NCBI GenBank assembly: GCA_965207735.1
Contig: OZ242296.1
Span: 4,416,001-4,480,000, forward strand
Length of the DNA stretch: 64,000 nt
Source of the DNA: Candidatus Versatilivorator sp.
GTDB lineage: Bacteria; Acidobacteriota; Terriglobia; Versatilivoradales; Versatilivoraceae
Direction: 5' to 3'
Under the pieces are notes generated by a model that did not search any database, was not told the origin of the DNA, and was given only the letters and a program-made list of their open reading frames with translations. A program made the translations under genes and the position numbers. This document shows, in pieces, positions 1-9,648 of the stretch; within the stretch, counting starts at the first letter, position 1, and every line of letters starts with the position of its first letter.

Positions 1-1146
1 CCCTCCCTGCAACCCGCCTCCTCCCAGGACCATGGACCAGCAGAAAGGCCAGTGGTCGCGGCCGTTGATGGGGTTGATCTCCGGGGTGCGGCCGAACTCG
101 CCCATGGCCATCACGATGGTGGATTCCAGCAGCCCGCGTTGCTCCAGATCCACCAGCAGCGCAGTGAGGGTCTGGTCCAGCGTGGGGCACAACAGGGCCC
201 GCAGCTTCTTGTCGTTCTCTCCCCCCGAGCCCCGGCCGTGGGTGTCCCAGCCGCTGTCCAGGTTGTAACCGGCCGCGGTAACGAAGCGGGAGCCGGATTC
301 CACCAGGCGCCGCGCCAGCAGGGCGCTCTGTCCGAATCCGTAGCGGCCGTAGGCGTCCTTGATCTGCTCCGACTCCTGAGAGAGATCGAAGGCCTTCTTC
401 ATGACCGGGGAGAGGATCATCTCCATGGCCTTGTCCCGAAACGTCTCGCGCGTGGCCGCTTCCACCAGGACTTCCCTGCTTCGGTAGAGGCCGTCCACCA
501 CCTGCAGAAAACCGCGGCGATCCTCGATCCGTTTCTCGGTGATGGACTTGGGGAGGGTGAGGTCCTTGAGCTTGAAGTCCTTCTTACTGGGATCGGGGAC
601 CACCAGCGGGTTGTAGGCGGCTCCCAGGGAGGAGGCTCCATAGTAGCTCTGGGTGAGGTGGGGCGCGCCCAGAACATAGGGAGGAATGTCGTTGCGAGGC
701 CCCAGTTCCCTGGCGATGATGGACCCCACGCTGGCAAACTCCATGGCCGGGGCCGGACGGTGACCGCTGGTGATGTACTCCCGGCCCAGGGGATGGTCCA
801 CTTCCTCGTGAGTCATGGAGCGAATGATGGACAACTTGTCCATGTGGCGGGCCATCCGAGGCAGAATCTCGGAAACCTGGATCCCGGGCACGTTGGTGCC
901 GATGGGACGGAATCCGCTGCTGGGTTTGGGATCCCAGGTGTCCACCTGGCTGGGCCCGCCTTCCAGCAGGAGCAGGATACAGGCCTGAGCCTTTGCCGGA
1001 GGAGCCTTGGCGCCCGAAGCAGCCATCAAGCCCTTCATTTGGAGAAACTGGCCCAGGTGGATCCCCACCAGGCTCAATGACCCGACCCGCAGAAAGTGCC
1101 GGCGAGCCAGGCTCTCGCAGAAACTGTCGCATCCCCATCGGTTCAT
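1..1146 (-). CDS. DUF1501 domain-containing protein (3' end runs off window)
   Basis: Manual translation from ATG 1146: MNRWGCDSFCESLARRHFLRVGSLSL...AQACILLLLEGGPSQVDTWDPKP. It has a Tat-like RRxFL motif and the GGPSQxDTWDPKP motif of DUF1501. Absent from the ORF track because it has no stop in the window. Confidence 0.88.
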   Translation of the reverse strand, partial: MNRWGCDSFCESLARRHFLRVGSLSLVGIHLGQFLQMKGLMAASGAKAPPAKAQACILLLLEGGPSQVDTWDPKPSSGFRPIGTNVPGIQVSEILPRMARHMDKLSIIRSMTHEEVDHPLGREYITSGHRPAPAMEFASVGSIIARELGPRNDIPPYVLGAPHLTQSYYGASSLGAAYNPLVVPDPSKKDFKLKDLTLPKSITEKRIEDRRGFLQVVDGLYRSREVLVEAATRETFRDKAMEMILSPVMKKAFDLSQESEQIKDAYGRYGFGQSALLARRLVESGSRFVTAAGYNLDSGWDTHGRGSGGENDKKLRALLCPTLDQTLTALLVDLEQRGLLESTIVMAMGEFGRTPEINPINGRDHWPFCWSMVLGGGGLQGG

Positions 1147-1168
1147 GACCGGGACTCCCCTTGTCGGA

Positions 1169-3676
1169 TCAGTGGTTGTTCAGGAACTGCTCCGAGTTCA
1201 CCACGGCCCACAGCAGATCCTCCAGCGCCTCTCGCCGTGAATCCCGCCGCCCGATCAAGGCTTTCAGCGAGGCCTGTTCGGCTTCGGTCGGGAAACGGCA
1301 CAGGGCCGCCAGGTACAGTTCTTCAATGATAGCTTCATCGGAGGCCTGACGCTGCAGCAGGCGGTCCACCCGGCCTCCCTTGCGGGAAAGCTTGGCGGTA
1401 AAGGTCGGACCCGCCAACTGGTGCAGGGCCTGCAGCAGGCTGGGCTTCATGTCGCGTTCGGGAATGGAGCTCAGGTCGGGCTTCCCGTAGACGTTGAAGA
1501 AGTTTCCGTCCTCTCCCTTCACGCCGCTCACATGCGAGATGGCCCTCAAGAGCACCTCGGTGTCCAGGGGGCGTGGAAGCGCCGTGGAATAGTTGACCCG
1601 ATCGTAGCGGTTGGTGGGGTTGGGATCTCCCGAAAGCTGGTAGGTCCTGGACTCCACCATGAGGCGAATGAGGGAGCGCAGGTCATAGCCGCTCCTGACG
1701 AAGTGCCGGGCCAGGGCCTCCAGCAGCCGGGGATGGGTGGCCAGGTTGTTGGAGCGAAAGTCGTCCACAGGATCCACGATCCCCCTGCCGAAGAAATAGC
1801 CCCACATGCGGTTCGCCATGGCCGGCGCGAAGTAGGGGTTTTCGGGCGAGGTCATCCACTCGGCCAGCGCCAGACGCCAGTCGTCCCGCCGGTCCCGGGG
1901 GATGGGACTCCCGTCCAGGAACCTGGGCCGAACCTCCTGCTTGGTGCGGGGGTGAATGACCTTGGCCCCCTTGCCGAAGGTCCCGTAGCCTTCGGGATCG
2001 TCCACGATCACGAAATCCACCTGGGGAAATCCCGGATGAAGATTGCTCAAGCGGCCGAAGAAGGCGGTCAGGCCCCAGAACTGGTTTTGGCTCCAGGACT
2101 CGTAGGGATGGTCGTGGCATTGGGCGCAGTCCATCCGCCGGCCCAGAAAGACCCGGACCTGCTCCCCCATGGCATTCTGCGGCAGCGGCACGGCCGTGCC
2201 TCCCATATCCTCGTAGTGGCGGGAGGGGCCGTCGAAACCCTGGGCGGCCACCCGTTCGCGGGCAAACTCATCGTAAGGCTTGTTCTCGGCAATGGCCTGG
2301 CGAACCCATTGCTTGTAGCGGGGGTTGATCACCCGCAGGAAGTCGTAAAAGCGCCAGGACCAGTGATCCACGAACTCGGGCGATTGGAGCAGCAGTTCGA
2401 TGAGCCGGGAGCGCTTCTGTGGGTCCGCGTCGGCCAGGAACTGGCGCACGCGATGAACGGGAGGCAGCCTGCCGGTCAGGTCCAGGCAGAGGCGGCGCAG
2501 AAACTCGGCGTCGGAGGAGAGCGGTGAAGGAACCAGGTGAAACTTGCGGGACTTGGCGAAGACATGTTCGTCGATGAAGTTGTGGCGTGGAACCTCGGGG
2601 TAGGCCGCCACCGGCTCCTCGATCACACCCACGGTGGCACTGGCGCTCTGCCCGCCGGCCAGCACCTGGATGGCGGTCTCGCCCACCTGCCGCCCCGTCA
2701 GCCGACCATCGGGTCCCACCGAAACCACTTCCGGGTTGTTGGAAAGGTAGCGCACCTGGCGGGTGATATCCTCCCGGGCGCCGTCAGCCCAATGGGCGGT
2801 CACCAGCAGTTGCCTTGCCCCTCCCTTCTGCAACACCACCTGCCCGGGTATGACCGCCACCCGCTCCAGGGGCGCGGATCGAGCGCCATTCTCGGGACCG
2901 TAGAGCGCGCCCCCGTCAATCCAGTCCCGGATGCGCCGATAGTCCCGGGAGTCCTTCTCGAGACGCTCGCCGCCCCCGTGGGGCACGGCCAGGCTGGCCT
3001 TCAGCAGCAACAGGCTTTGGTCGGGATCCTCGGAGCGGACCCGGGGCGCCTTCTCGCCGGTCTCGGTCGTGAGGACGTGGAAGGCGCCGCCCTCCACGAT
3101 CCAGCGGTAGTCTTCCCGGGGAGCGGTGGCGTTCTTGGAGAGCTTGAACCCGCCCTGCCCGGTGACGCTGCCGTGACATTCGGTGCTGTTGCAGCCCCGC
3201 TTGGTGAGAATCCCGGCGATGTCGCGATCGAAACGGAGCGGGCGGCTCACGGCCGAATCCCGCACCTGCACGTCCGCCTGGAGAACCTGGCGCGAGGACC
3301 GCACGGTCAGCAGGGTTTGGCCGTCGGACCGCGCCCTCACCCTGCCCTGGGCATCGATCTCGGCCAAGGCGGGATCGGCAATGGAGAATCGGCTCGCCTC
3401 GGTCAGGTCCCGCTCCAGACCGTCGTCATAGGTTCCGATGACCAGGAGTTGCTGGGCCGCCCCCCTGCCCCGGAGCCGCACCTCTTCGGGCAGGAGCCTG
3501 ACCGAAAGCAGGCGGGCGGCGGGGAGAGGCTCCCCCGCCGTCACCGGGCCAGAGGACCGGAGTGACGCCGGCCAACCCAGCAGCCCGATCAACAAGCCCA
3601 GTTTGCAGAGACCGGATCCGGGGAAAGCTCCCCCGATCCATCTCGGACTCCTGTTCCCTGTCTGCATCCTGTCCAT
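1169..3676 (-). CDS. DUF1549/DUF1553 domain protein with Ig-like (Big_2) repeats
   Basis: Motifs FLRRLCLDLTGRLP, CAQCHDHP (CxxCH), NRMWGYFFGRGIVDPVDD and EDLLWAVVNSEQF; start placed at MDRMQT, before a signal-like segment. Confidence 0.88.
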   Translation of the reverse strand: MDRMQTGNRSPRWIGGAFPGSGLCKLGLLIGLLGWPASLRSSGPVTAGEPLPAARLLSVRLLPEEVRLRGRGAAQQLLVIGTYDDGLERDLTEASRFSIADPALAEIDAQGRVRARSDGQTLLTVRSSRQVLQADVQVRDSAVSRPLRFDRDIAGILTKRGCNSTECHGSVTGQGGFKLSKNATAPREDYRWIVEGGAFHVLTTETGEKAPRVRSEDPDQSLLLLKASLAVPHGGGERLEKDSRDYRRIRDWIDGGALYGPENGARSAPLERVAVIPGQVVLQKGGARQLLVTAHWADGAREDITRQVRYLSNNPEVVSVGPDGRLTGRQVGETAIQVLAGGQSASATVGVIEEPVAAYPEVPRHNFIDEHVFAKSRKFHLVPSPLSSDAEFLRRLCLDLTGRLPPVHRVRQFLADADPQKRSRLIELLLQSPEFVDHWSWRFYDFLRVINPRYKQWVRQAIAENKPYDEFARERVAAQGFDGPSRHYEDMGGTAVPLPQNAMGEQVRVFLGRRMDCAQCHDHPYESWSQNQFWGLTAFFGRLSNLHPGFPQVDFVIVDDPEGYGTFGKGAKVIHPRTKQEVRPRFLDGSPIPRDRRDDWRLALAEWMTSPENPYFAPAMANRMWGYFFGRGIVDPVDDFRSNNLATHPRLLEALARHFVRSGYDLRSLIRLMVESRTYQLSGDPNPTNRYDRVNYSTALPRPLDTEVLLRAISHVSGVKGEDGNFFNVYGKPDLSSIPERDMKPSLLQALHQLAGPTFTAKLSRKGGRVDRLLQRQASDEAIIEELYLAALCRFPTEAEQASLKALIGRRDSRREALEDLLWAVVNSEQFLNNH

Positions 3677-3684
3677 TCGGTCCT

Positions 3685-5685
3685 TCAGTTGCCCGCGGGA
3701 ATCACCTGGCTGACCGCCGGTCCGCCTCCCGAGGGGTGGAGCACCATCATCGGGACCCGGGCCACGGGAATCGATGGTCCCATCTTTCCCTCCCAGATGG
3801 GCCGAAAGGGATCCTCGCCGGTCATCTTGCGATAGCGGTTCAGCCGGCCGGGTTGAACCGGCCGCAGATGGAACCGGATCCACCTGGGCATGGCCGTAGG
3901 GGGCGCATCCGGCCGCACTGCCAGCAACAGGGTGACCACCTGGTCTTCCCCGGCATAATTCTCTTTGCGGCCCTGATCCTGGGGCAGTCCCAACTCCGGC
4001 CCCATATCGGCTCCAGGCAGTACTTCGACCCCCTCGGGCAGATTGTCCACCGAAACCGCCAGGTCTCCGGCAAACCCTTCCTCCCGGCTGATGATGACGT
4101 TCACCTTCTTGGCCTCGCCCGGATAGAGATTGACCCGGTCCAGCTCGATCATCCAGTCGAGCATTTCCCGGCCCAGGATGTTCAGAACCTCCGCCACCTC
4201 GACCTCGCCCACGTGGGGCACCTGGGGCCGCACCATGAGGCGGTAGCGGAACCCGGCACCGCCCTTGCGGCGGGTCACGTCCCGGATCCGGATCAGGTAG
4301 GACCCACTCTCGGGAAAGCTGACGACGGTCTTGGATTCGGCCGTCTTCCAGAACCACATGTTCTGGGAGGCCTGGCGCTTGTAAATATTGTTGACCAATT
4401 CCCTGCCTGCCTGGTCTAAGACCTCGATGCGCGGATTGAAGTAGGGATAGTGCCGCTCGGGGGTTTCGATCTCGAAAGCCAGGTCCTGCCCGTCCTGCAA
4501 TTCGAAACGGAAGTGGTCCACGTCCGCCGGAAAGCCGATGGTCCCCTCGATGATGGAGGGAACAGTAAACGGGAGGGCCCGCGGAGCATCGTCGTTGGGT
4601 TCCCGTTCCTGAATGATCGCGGCCGGGCGGGCGGCGGCGGTTGGGGACGACCTCTCCTCGCCGCTCAGACCCATCAGGTCCCTCAGTTGCTTTTCCATCA
4701 CGGCCAGCGAGGCCTGGCGCACCGAACCTCCCGATCGAGCCTGCAACCGGACCAGGCGGTCAGGCTCCAACCGGCGGCTGAAACCCCGCTCCTGCCACCC
4801 GATTGCCGCCAGCCTGTCCAGGCCTTGGGCCCGGACCAGCGGTGGAAAGTCGGCGGGAGAGCCGATCTGCAGTTGGTAGGAGGCTCCCGGCTCCCCCTTG
4901 ACTTCCAGGGTGTAGGAGCCGCCTTTTGCGAAACGGTGGATCAGCCTGGGCCTGTAAGCCGAGATGAGTTTGTGGAAGACGGCGGTATTGGCGGAACCCA
5001 GCTTGACCCGCCGCTCCTCATCGAACCAGCTCTCACCCGGCCCGGAGAGTTCCAGAGTAAATCCCGGAGCCCTCCTGAGGTCCCCCAGCATGCGCTGAAC
5101 GCCTTCCACCACCTCGAACGCCAGCTCCTGGTCCGGATTGGCCTCGAAACGGTAGAAGTCGGCCTGGTCTTCTTCGGCAATCCGGCCGCTGAGGGCAGAG
5201 GGAACGGCTATGGCCTGGGCTTGCTCGGCGGTCCCATGCTCTTCGGCTGTCTCGTGCAAGGTGGGCATGGGCACCACCCAGAAAATCAGCGCGTTGGAGA
5301 CGCCCTTGGACGAAACCAGCCTCAAGGCGTGGGGACCCCGTTCGGCTTGCGGGTCGATCGTCACCGCCGCCACCACTCTTTGCCCCGCAATGTCCTTGAC
5401 CTTGCGCCCCTCCTTCATACTGGCCGACCCCGGCTCCACCCTGACCACCCGGCCCTGGATGGCGTCGGTGTCGGCCCAGAGAGCGTGGGAACCCTCCAGA
5501 TTCCTTCCCTGGATCTCGATCTCCACGGTGCTCCCCGGCTGCCCACCCAGAGGAAACATGTGGATGACTTCAGGATCGGTGGGCTGAAGGTCGGCGGCGC
5601 CGGATCCGGCGGGCAGGATTCCCGACAGGAGAAGGGCAAGAACCAAACAACCGCAATACCCTGCAGCCTTTCGCCGGAAAGCCAT
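3685..5685 (-). CDS. Secreted protein with pre-peptidase C-terminal (PPC)-like domains
   Basis: Signal peptide, FPLGGQPGSTVEIEIQG, EREPNDD and DVDHFRF motifs; usual partner of DUF1501/DUF1553 genes. Confidence 0.75.
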   Translation of the reverse strand: MAFRRKAAGYCGCLVLALLLSGILPAGSGAADLQPTDPEVIHMFPLGGQPGSTVEIEIQGRNLEGSHALWADTDAIQGRVVRVEPGSASMKEGRKVKDIAGQRVVAAVTIDPQAERGPHALRLVSSKGVSNALIFWVVPMPTLHETAEEHGTAEQAQAIAVPSALSGRIAEEDQADFYRFEANPDQELAFEVVEGVQRMLGDLRRAPGFTLELSGPGESWFDEERRVKLGSANTAVFHKLISAYRPRLIHRFAKGGSYTLEVKGEPGASYQLQIGSPADFPPLVRAQGLDRLAAIGWQERGFSRRLEPDRLVRLQARSGGSVRQASLAVMEKQLRDLMGLSGEERSSPTAAARPAAIIQEREPNDDAPRALPFTVPSIIEGTIGFPADVDHFRFELQDGQDLAFEIETPERHYPYFNPRIEVLDQAGRELVNNIYKRQASQNMWFWKTAESKTVVSFPESGSYLIRIRDVTRRKGGAGFRYRLMVRPQVPHVGEVEVAEVLNILGREMLDWMIELDRVNLYPGEAKKVNVIISREEGFAGDLAVSVDNLPEGVEVLPGADMGPELGLPQDQGRKENYAGEDQVVTLLLAVRPDAPPTAMPRWIRFHLRPVQPGRLNRYRKMTGEDPFRPIWEGKMGPSIPVARVPMMVLHPSGGGPAVSQVIPAGN

Positions 5686-5743
5686 GCCCTCGCCTCGATG
5701 GAACACGAATCTGGCGGAAGTATACCGGAGAGAGCCCCGCGTC

Positions 5744-6457
5744 TCAATTGGGCGCATGCACGGACCGGCTCGACAAATCAAGCAGAAGCTTTTCCGGAAG
5801 CAGAGGTCGCCGGGATTTCGACCAGCGGGACTCCGGTCCAAGTGCCTTATCTTCGAGCAAGAGCAGGCCGCTCCCTGAGGTGGTTGAGCGTTGCTTGGTC
5901 GCCGCTGGCGGGGGCTTGGGTGCAGCATCATCCCGGAGTTTGCGCGGCATGTTGTAGACGCCGCCCCATCTCGGGGCTGCCAACAAGGCGATGACCGTGG
6001 GCACCCCGATGAAGACCCCGTTGTAAAGTAATTTCCCCCACGGTACGAGGTCGCCTTCTATTGCAACTGTGGGAATCGACCAGCCGGCGGAAGCTCCAAG
6101 GGTGATCCACACATGGTACCGTTTTGAAAGGGGGCGAAAAACCACCACCTTGGTCACGTCTTGCTTCTGCATAGTGTGGGGGTTTCCACCCGATAATGTG
6201 AGCGTGATCGCTTCGGCGGTGGCCGATTTGAAAGACCCTGCAATCTTCCGACTGCCTGCAGGGGCTCGATCCTTGTAGAGCCGCACCCTGGTTCGGGCTC
6301 CGGGAGGAATTCCCTGGACCTTTGACCAGTCCCGCCTGATAAACCACGTTGCTGCCTCTGCCACTGGCGCAAAGCTAATCATAGTCAACAGCAGCACAAG
6401 TCCTGTAGCCGTGCCCTGTCTGAATAAACTCCACAAATTCGTGCCGGTTCTCACCAT
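5744..6457 (-). CDS. Hypothetical exported/membrane protein
   Basis: 237-aa ORF with GAGG RBS, signal peptide and two hydrophobic segments; lower GC than flanks. Confidence 0.6.
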   Translation of the reverse strand: MVRTGTNLWSLFRQGTATGLVLLLTMISFAPVAEAATWFIRRDWSKVQGIPPGARTRVRLYKDRAPAGSRKIAGSFKSATAEAITLTLSGGNPHTMQKQDVTKVVVFRPLSKRYHVWITLGASAGWSIPTVAIEGDLVPWGKLLYNGVFIGVPTVIALLAAPRWGGVYNMPRKLRDDAAPKPPPAATKQRSTTSGSGLLLLEDKALGPESRWSKSRRPLLPEKLLLDLSSRSVHAPN

Positions 6458-6514
6458 AGCCTCCTCAGAGGCGACTGCCCAAAAGCGAAAGGGATATGAA
6501 CGTCTTGGACGATC

Positions 6515-7795
6515 TTAACCCGGCCTCATCGAGCGAAGGTCTTCCAATGTAATCTCGACATCAAGCCCCTCGGTGCTTCCGAATTCCCCGAGGCGGCGCA
6601 CCGCCTTCTCGATCAGGGAAGCAAACGGGGGGATCAGGGAGGGTAGGTGGGCTAGAATCTTGCCGCCCTCGCTGACCAGCACGTAGCTCGGATAGCCATC
6701 AATACGCAGGAGACGCTCCAAGTCGCTCCCTCTAGCCGCGTGCCAGTTCGTCCAAGGCATTGGTTTATCCTCGATAAACCGGGTCACGGTCCCGAGCTCT
6801 TCATCCCCGCTGATCGAGACGAGGGCGAACCGGTCCGCCGGCAGCTTGGCAACCAGTTCCCGAAGCTTCGGGAAATCCGCCACGCACGGCCCGCACCAGG
6901 TCGCCCAGAAATCGAGCAGCACGATGCGCCCCCGGTAGTCCGACAGACGTTCCTCGAGGCCGTCGAGCCGCTTGCCCGTCACCTCCGGCAACATGGCCCC
7001 CACGCTCCCATGGTGCAGGCTGCGAAGCAGCTCCGCCTCCGCCTTGGCCAACGTTTGAGAAGTTGCCATGCGGTCGTGGTGCAATCCCAAGAACTGCTCC
7101 TCCTCCACGCCGGCGCTCAATCCGGTGGCTGCTTCGATCGCCCGCTGACGCAGGACCTCCCGATCCTCGGCCGGCAGCACGAACTGGTGGTTGGCGGCAC
7201 GCATCATTCCGGCTGCCAGGTAATACTTGCCGTTGGCGCGCAATACGGGGTCGTCGGCCTCGGAGGCCATTTCCTCGAAGAACTTTGCAACTTGCGGTCC
7301 GTAAGGAGTCTGAGCGTAATAGATCTCGCTCAGAACCCGAGGCCAATCCTGGTAGTCGGGCGCGTAGGAGAGGAGAGCCTTGGCGCCGATGTAAAAGTAA
7401 CGGCCGGATTCTTGGTGCGCATGCATCCGCCTCACGAGGAACTCGGCGGCCTCGATGGTCTTGTCATGTGCGCCGCCCATGTTCAAGATGGCGGTCGCCG
7501 CCGCTAAAGCGGGCTCGACGTCAGGGGGCTTTGGAAGACCCTCCCGCATTTCACGAGGCGACTTGCCCTCTTGAGCGCCCTTCCTGAAACGCTCCCGACT
7601 GTCTTTCTGCCAGGCGCGCTCCTGGTCGAGGTATTCTTGCACCACGGCCCAGTCCGGCCCGATCTCGGACAGCTCAGCATCCGGGGCGGCTGCGCGCTGG
7701 CACGACCCCATCGGAGTCACCGCGGCTGCCGCAACAAGGATCCAACCGAGCGAGCGCCATTGAAAGGTACATGGTGCGCTGAGTTCGTTTTCCAT
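6515..7795 (-). CDS. TlpA-family disulfide reductase (putative lipoprotein) with helical N-terminal domain
   Basis: C-terminal DFWATWCGPC thioredoxin motif; lipobox-like MGSC. Confidence 0.85.
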   Translation of the reverse strand: MENELSAPCTFQWRSLGWILVAAAAVTPMGSCQRAAAPDAELSEIGPDWAVVQEYLDQERAWQKDSRERFRKGAQEGKSPREMREGLPKPPDVEPALAAATAILNMGGAHDKTIEAAEFLVRRMHAHQESGRYFYIGAKALLSYAPDYQDWPRVLSEIYYAQTPYGPQVAKFFEEMASEADDPVLRANGKYYLAAGMMRAANHQFVLPAEDREVLRQRAIEAATGLSAGVEEEQFLGLHHDRMATSQTLAKAEAELLRSLHHGSVGAMLPEVTGKRLDGLEERLSDYRGRIVLLDFWATWCGPCVADFPKLRELVAKLPADRFALVSISGDEELGTVTRFIEDKPMPWTNWHAARGSDLERLLRIDGYPSYVLVSEGGKILAHLPSLIPPFASLIEKAVRRLGEFGSTEGLDVEITLEDLRSMRPG

Positions 7796-8026
7796 CGTGT
7801 GGCCCTTCCGGTGAATGTGCGTGTAACGCTGTCTTTTCCTAAGGTGAATACTCCATGCCGCACATTGCCTAACCCATTCTCCTTCGCTACCGGCAACGAT
7901 TGAGTACGTCCTTCAATTCGGCACTTGAAAGGTCTCTCACTAATTTCAGCAGAGTTAATTGCTTTAGGGCCGCGGGCAGCTGAACATCTCGGCGGCGTCA
8001 ATCGCCCTAATCCGAACGAATGTCTT

Positions 8027-9172
8027 TCAGTTCAAACTCGACATGAAGCCCTCGGTGCTTCCGAATTCTCCCAACTGGTCCACCGCCTTCTCGATCAGGG
8101 AAATGAACGCGGAATCCAGGGCGCCGGTTCGGGTTAAAATTGTGCCGTTCTCGTCGGCCAGCAGGTAGGTAGGATAGGTTCTGATACGCAGTAGACGCTT
8201 GAGGTCGCTTGTCTCACCCGCATGCCAGTTCGTCCAAGGCATTGGCTCATCCTCAATAAACTTGGTCACGGTCCCAAGCTCCTCGTCCACGCTGATGGCG
8301 ACGAGAGCGAACCGGTCCGCCGGCAGCTCGGCAACCAGTTCCCGAAGCTTCGGCAGATGTGCGATGCACGGCCCGCACCAGGTTGCCCAGAAATCGATCA
8401 GCACGATGCGGCCCCGATAGTCGGACAGGGATTCCTCGACGCCGTCGAGCCGCGTGCCCGTCGCGTCCGGCAACGTGCCGCGCCGTATGCTGCGAAACGC
8501 CTCCGCCTCCGTGCCTTCCAATGCTTGAGATATCGGACTGCCGGCAGCGTGAACCTGCGCAATCTTCCGCTCCTTCCATGTAGAGTCATCGATCTTGTAA
8601 TCTGCCGGAATCTTAAAGACCGATGGTTCGGGCTCGGCAAACCGGATGTCGTAGAGTTCTCTGACTTGCCTTCCTCGACCCAAGTTCGTCTCCGTCTTGA
8701 CGGACACGTTTGCATCTCTCGCCACCCAAACTTTACCGACAGGCTCCTCTGAATTGCCGGGCGACAAGACAGGCATTGCCAGACAATCAAGCCCTCCAAT
8801 AACTCCTTCGTCAACTGCAAGATCGGGTCTTAATGCAAATGGCCGGAACGGTCCTGGCCGGACTTGCATTAGTGTTGCTTCTTTGAGATTGTGGTTTAGG
8901 TCATAGGTTTTTCGAGTCGAGGCATCCATGAGAGTCGATCGATGTGATCTTCGATTCTTCCCATTGACTGACTCCATGGTATCCAGCACGGAACCGGAGG
9001 AGGAACGGAAGTAGGCGCCCTCCTCCCGCACTACCTCCGTTTCGGTTCCGTCGGGCTGAATAAGGTATTGAACGCTTCTCTGCTTGGCGATGACGGGCAC
9101 GAATTGCGCCAGCAGCTCGGCCGCCCAACCGAAGACAAAAATCAGGCAAGTGACCAAAGTGGTGATTTTCAT
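8027..9172 (-). CDS. TlpA-family disulfide reductase with unrelated beta-rich N-terminal domain
   Basis: Signal peptide; DFWATWCGPC; C-terminal ~150 aa closely paralogous to 6515..7795. Confidence 0.85.
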   Translation of the reverse strand: MKITTLVTCLIFVFGWAAELLAQFVPVIAKQRSVQYLIQPDGTETEVVREEGAYFRSSSGSVLDTMESVNGKNRRSHRSTLMDASTRKTYDLNHNLKEATLMQVRPGPFRPFALRPDLAVDEGVIGGLDCLAMPVLSPGNSEEPVGKVWVARDANVSVKTETNLGRGRQVRELYDIRFAEPEPSVFKIPADYKIDDSTWKERKIAQVHAAGSPISQALEGTEAEAFRSIRRGTLPDATGTRLDGVEESLSDYRGRIVLIDFWATWCGPCIAHLPKLRELVAELPADRFALVAISVDEELGTVTKFIEDEPMPWTNWHAGETSDLKRLLRIRTYPTYLLADENGTILTRTGALDSAFISLIEKAVDQLGEFGSTEGFMSSLN

Positions 9173-9419
9173 GCGACACCTCTCTTTCTGGCGGCAAGGC
9201 TACCAGGTTGAGTGATTCCCCGACGCTTGTTCCCCGGACGTGGCTCCAGGCCCGATTTTTGCGCCTATACTCCTATAAACAGTCGAAACGGCCTATTGAT
9301 TACAAGTTTATTGTGGAAAGGCCTCTCAGGACCGTCTGGAGCCTTTGGGCGAAAACGATTGCGTGCGTGCATCAATGCGGCGCTTGAGCAGAGCGATGGC
9401 ACGGTTCATGCGGACGGCA

Positions 9420-9626
9420 CACAGACACCTGGGTGCGAGCCATACACACAGAAATTCTCTCCACAACATTCAGAGTGACTCGCCGGCGCAGGTCATAAAT
9501 CCGGGTGGTCCCGGGCTTGGCGTGGCCGACCAAGTACTGCACGTCCTCAAGAGGCACGTCCTGGAAGGGCAGGTCGGTCACCACCAGGACGCGGAAGCTG
9601 TGGGGGCTGAAGTTCGGGGGAATGCC
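9420..9626 (-). pseudogene. Tyrosine recombinase/integrase C-terminal remnant
   Basis: Minus-strand frame reads GIPPNFSPHSFRVLVVTDL...LEDVQYLVGHAKPGTTRIYD...NVVERISV, i.e. the HxxR, GH and catalytic Y motifs; no N-terminal portion or own start. Confidence 0.75.
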
Positions 9627-9648
9627 CGGACACCGCGCCGACCGCCGT

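Noticed and set aside
52-1080. 342-aa + strand ORF
   Set aside because: Antisense shadow of the DUF1501 gene.
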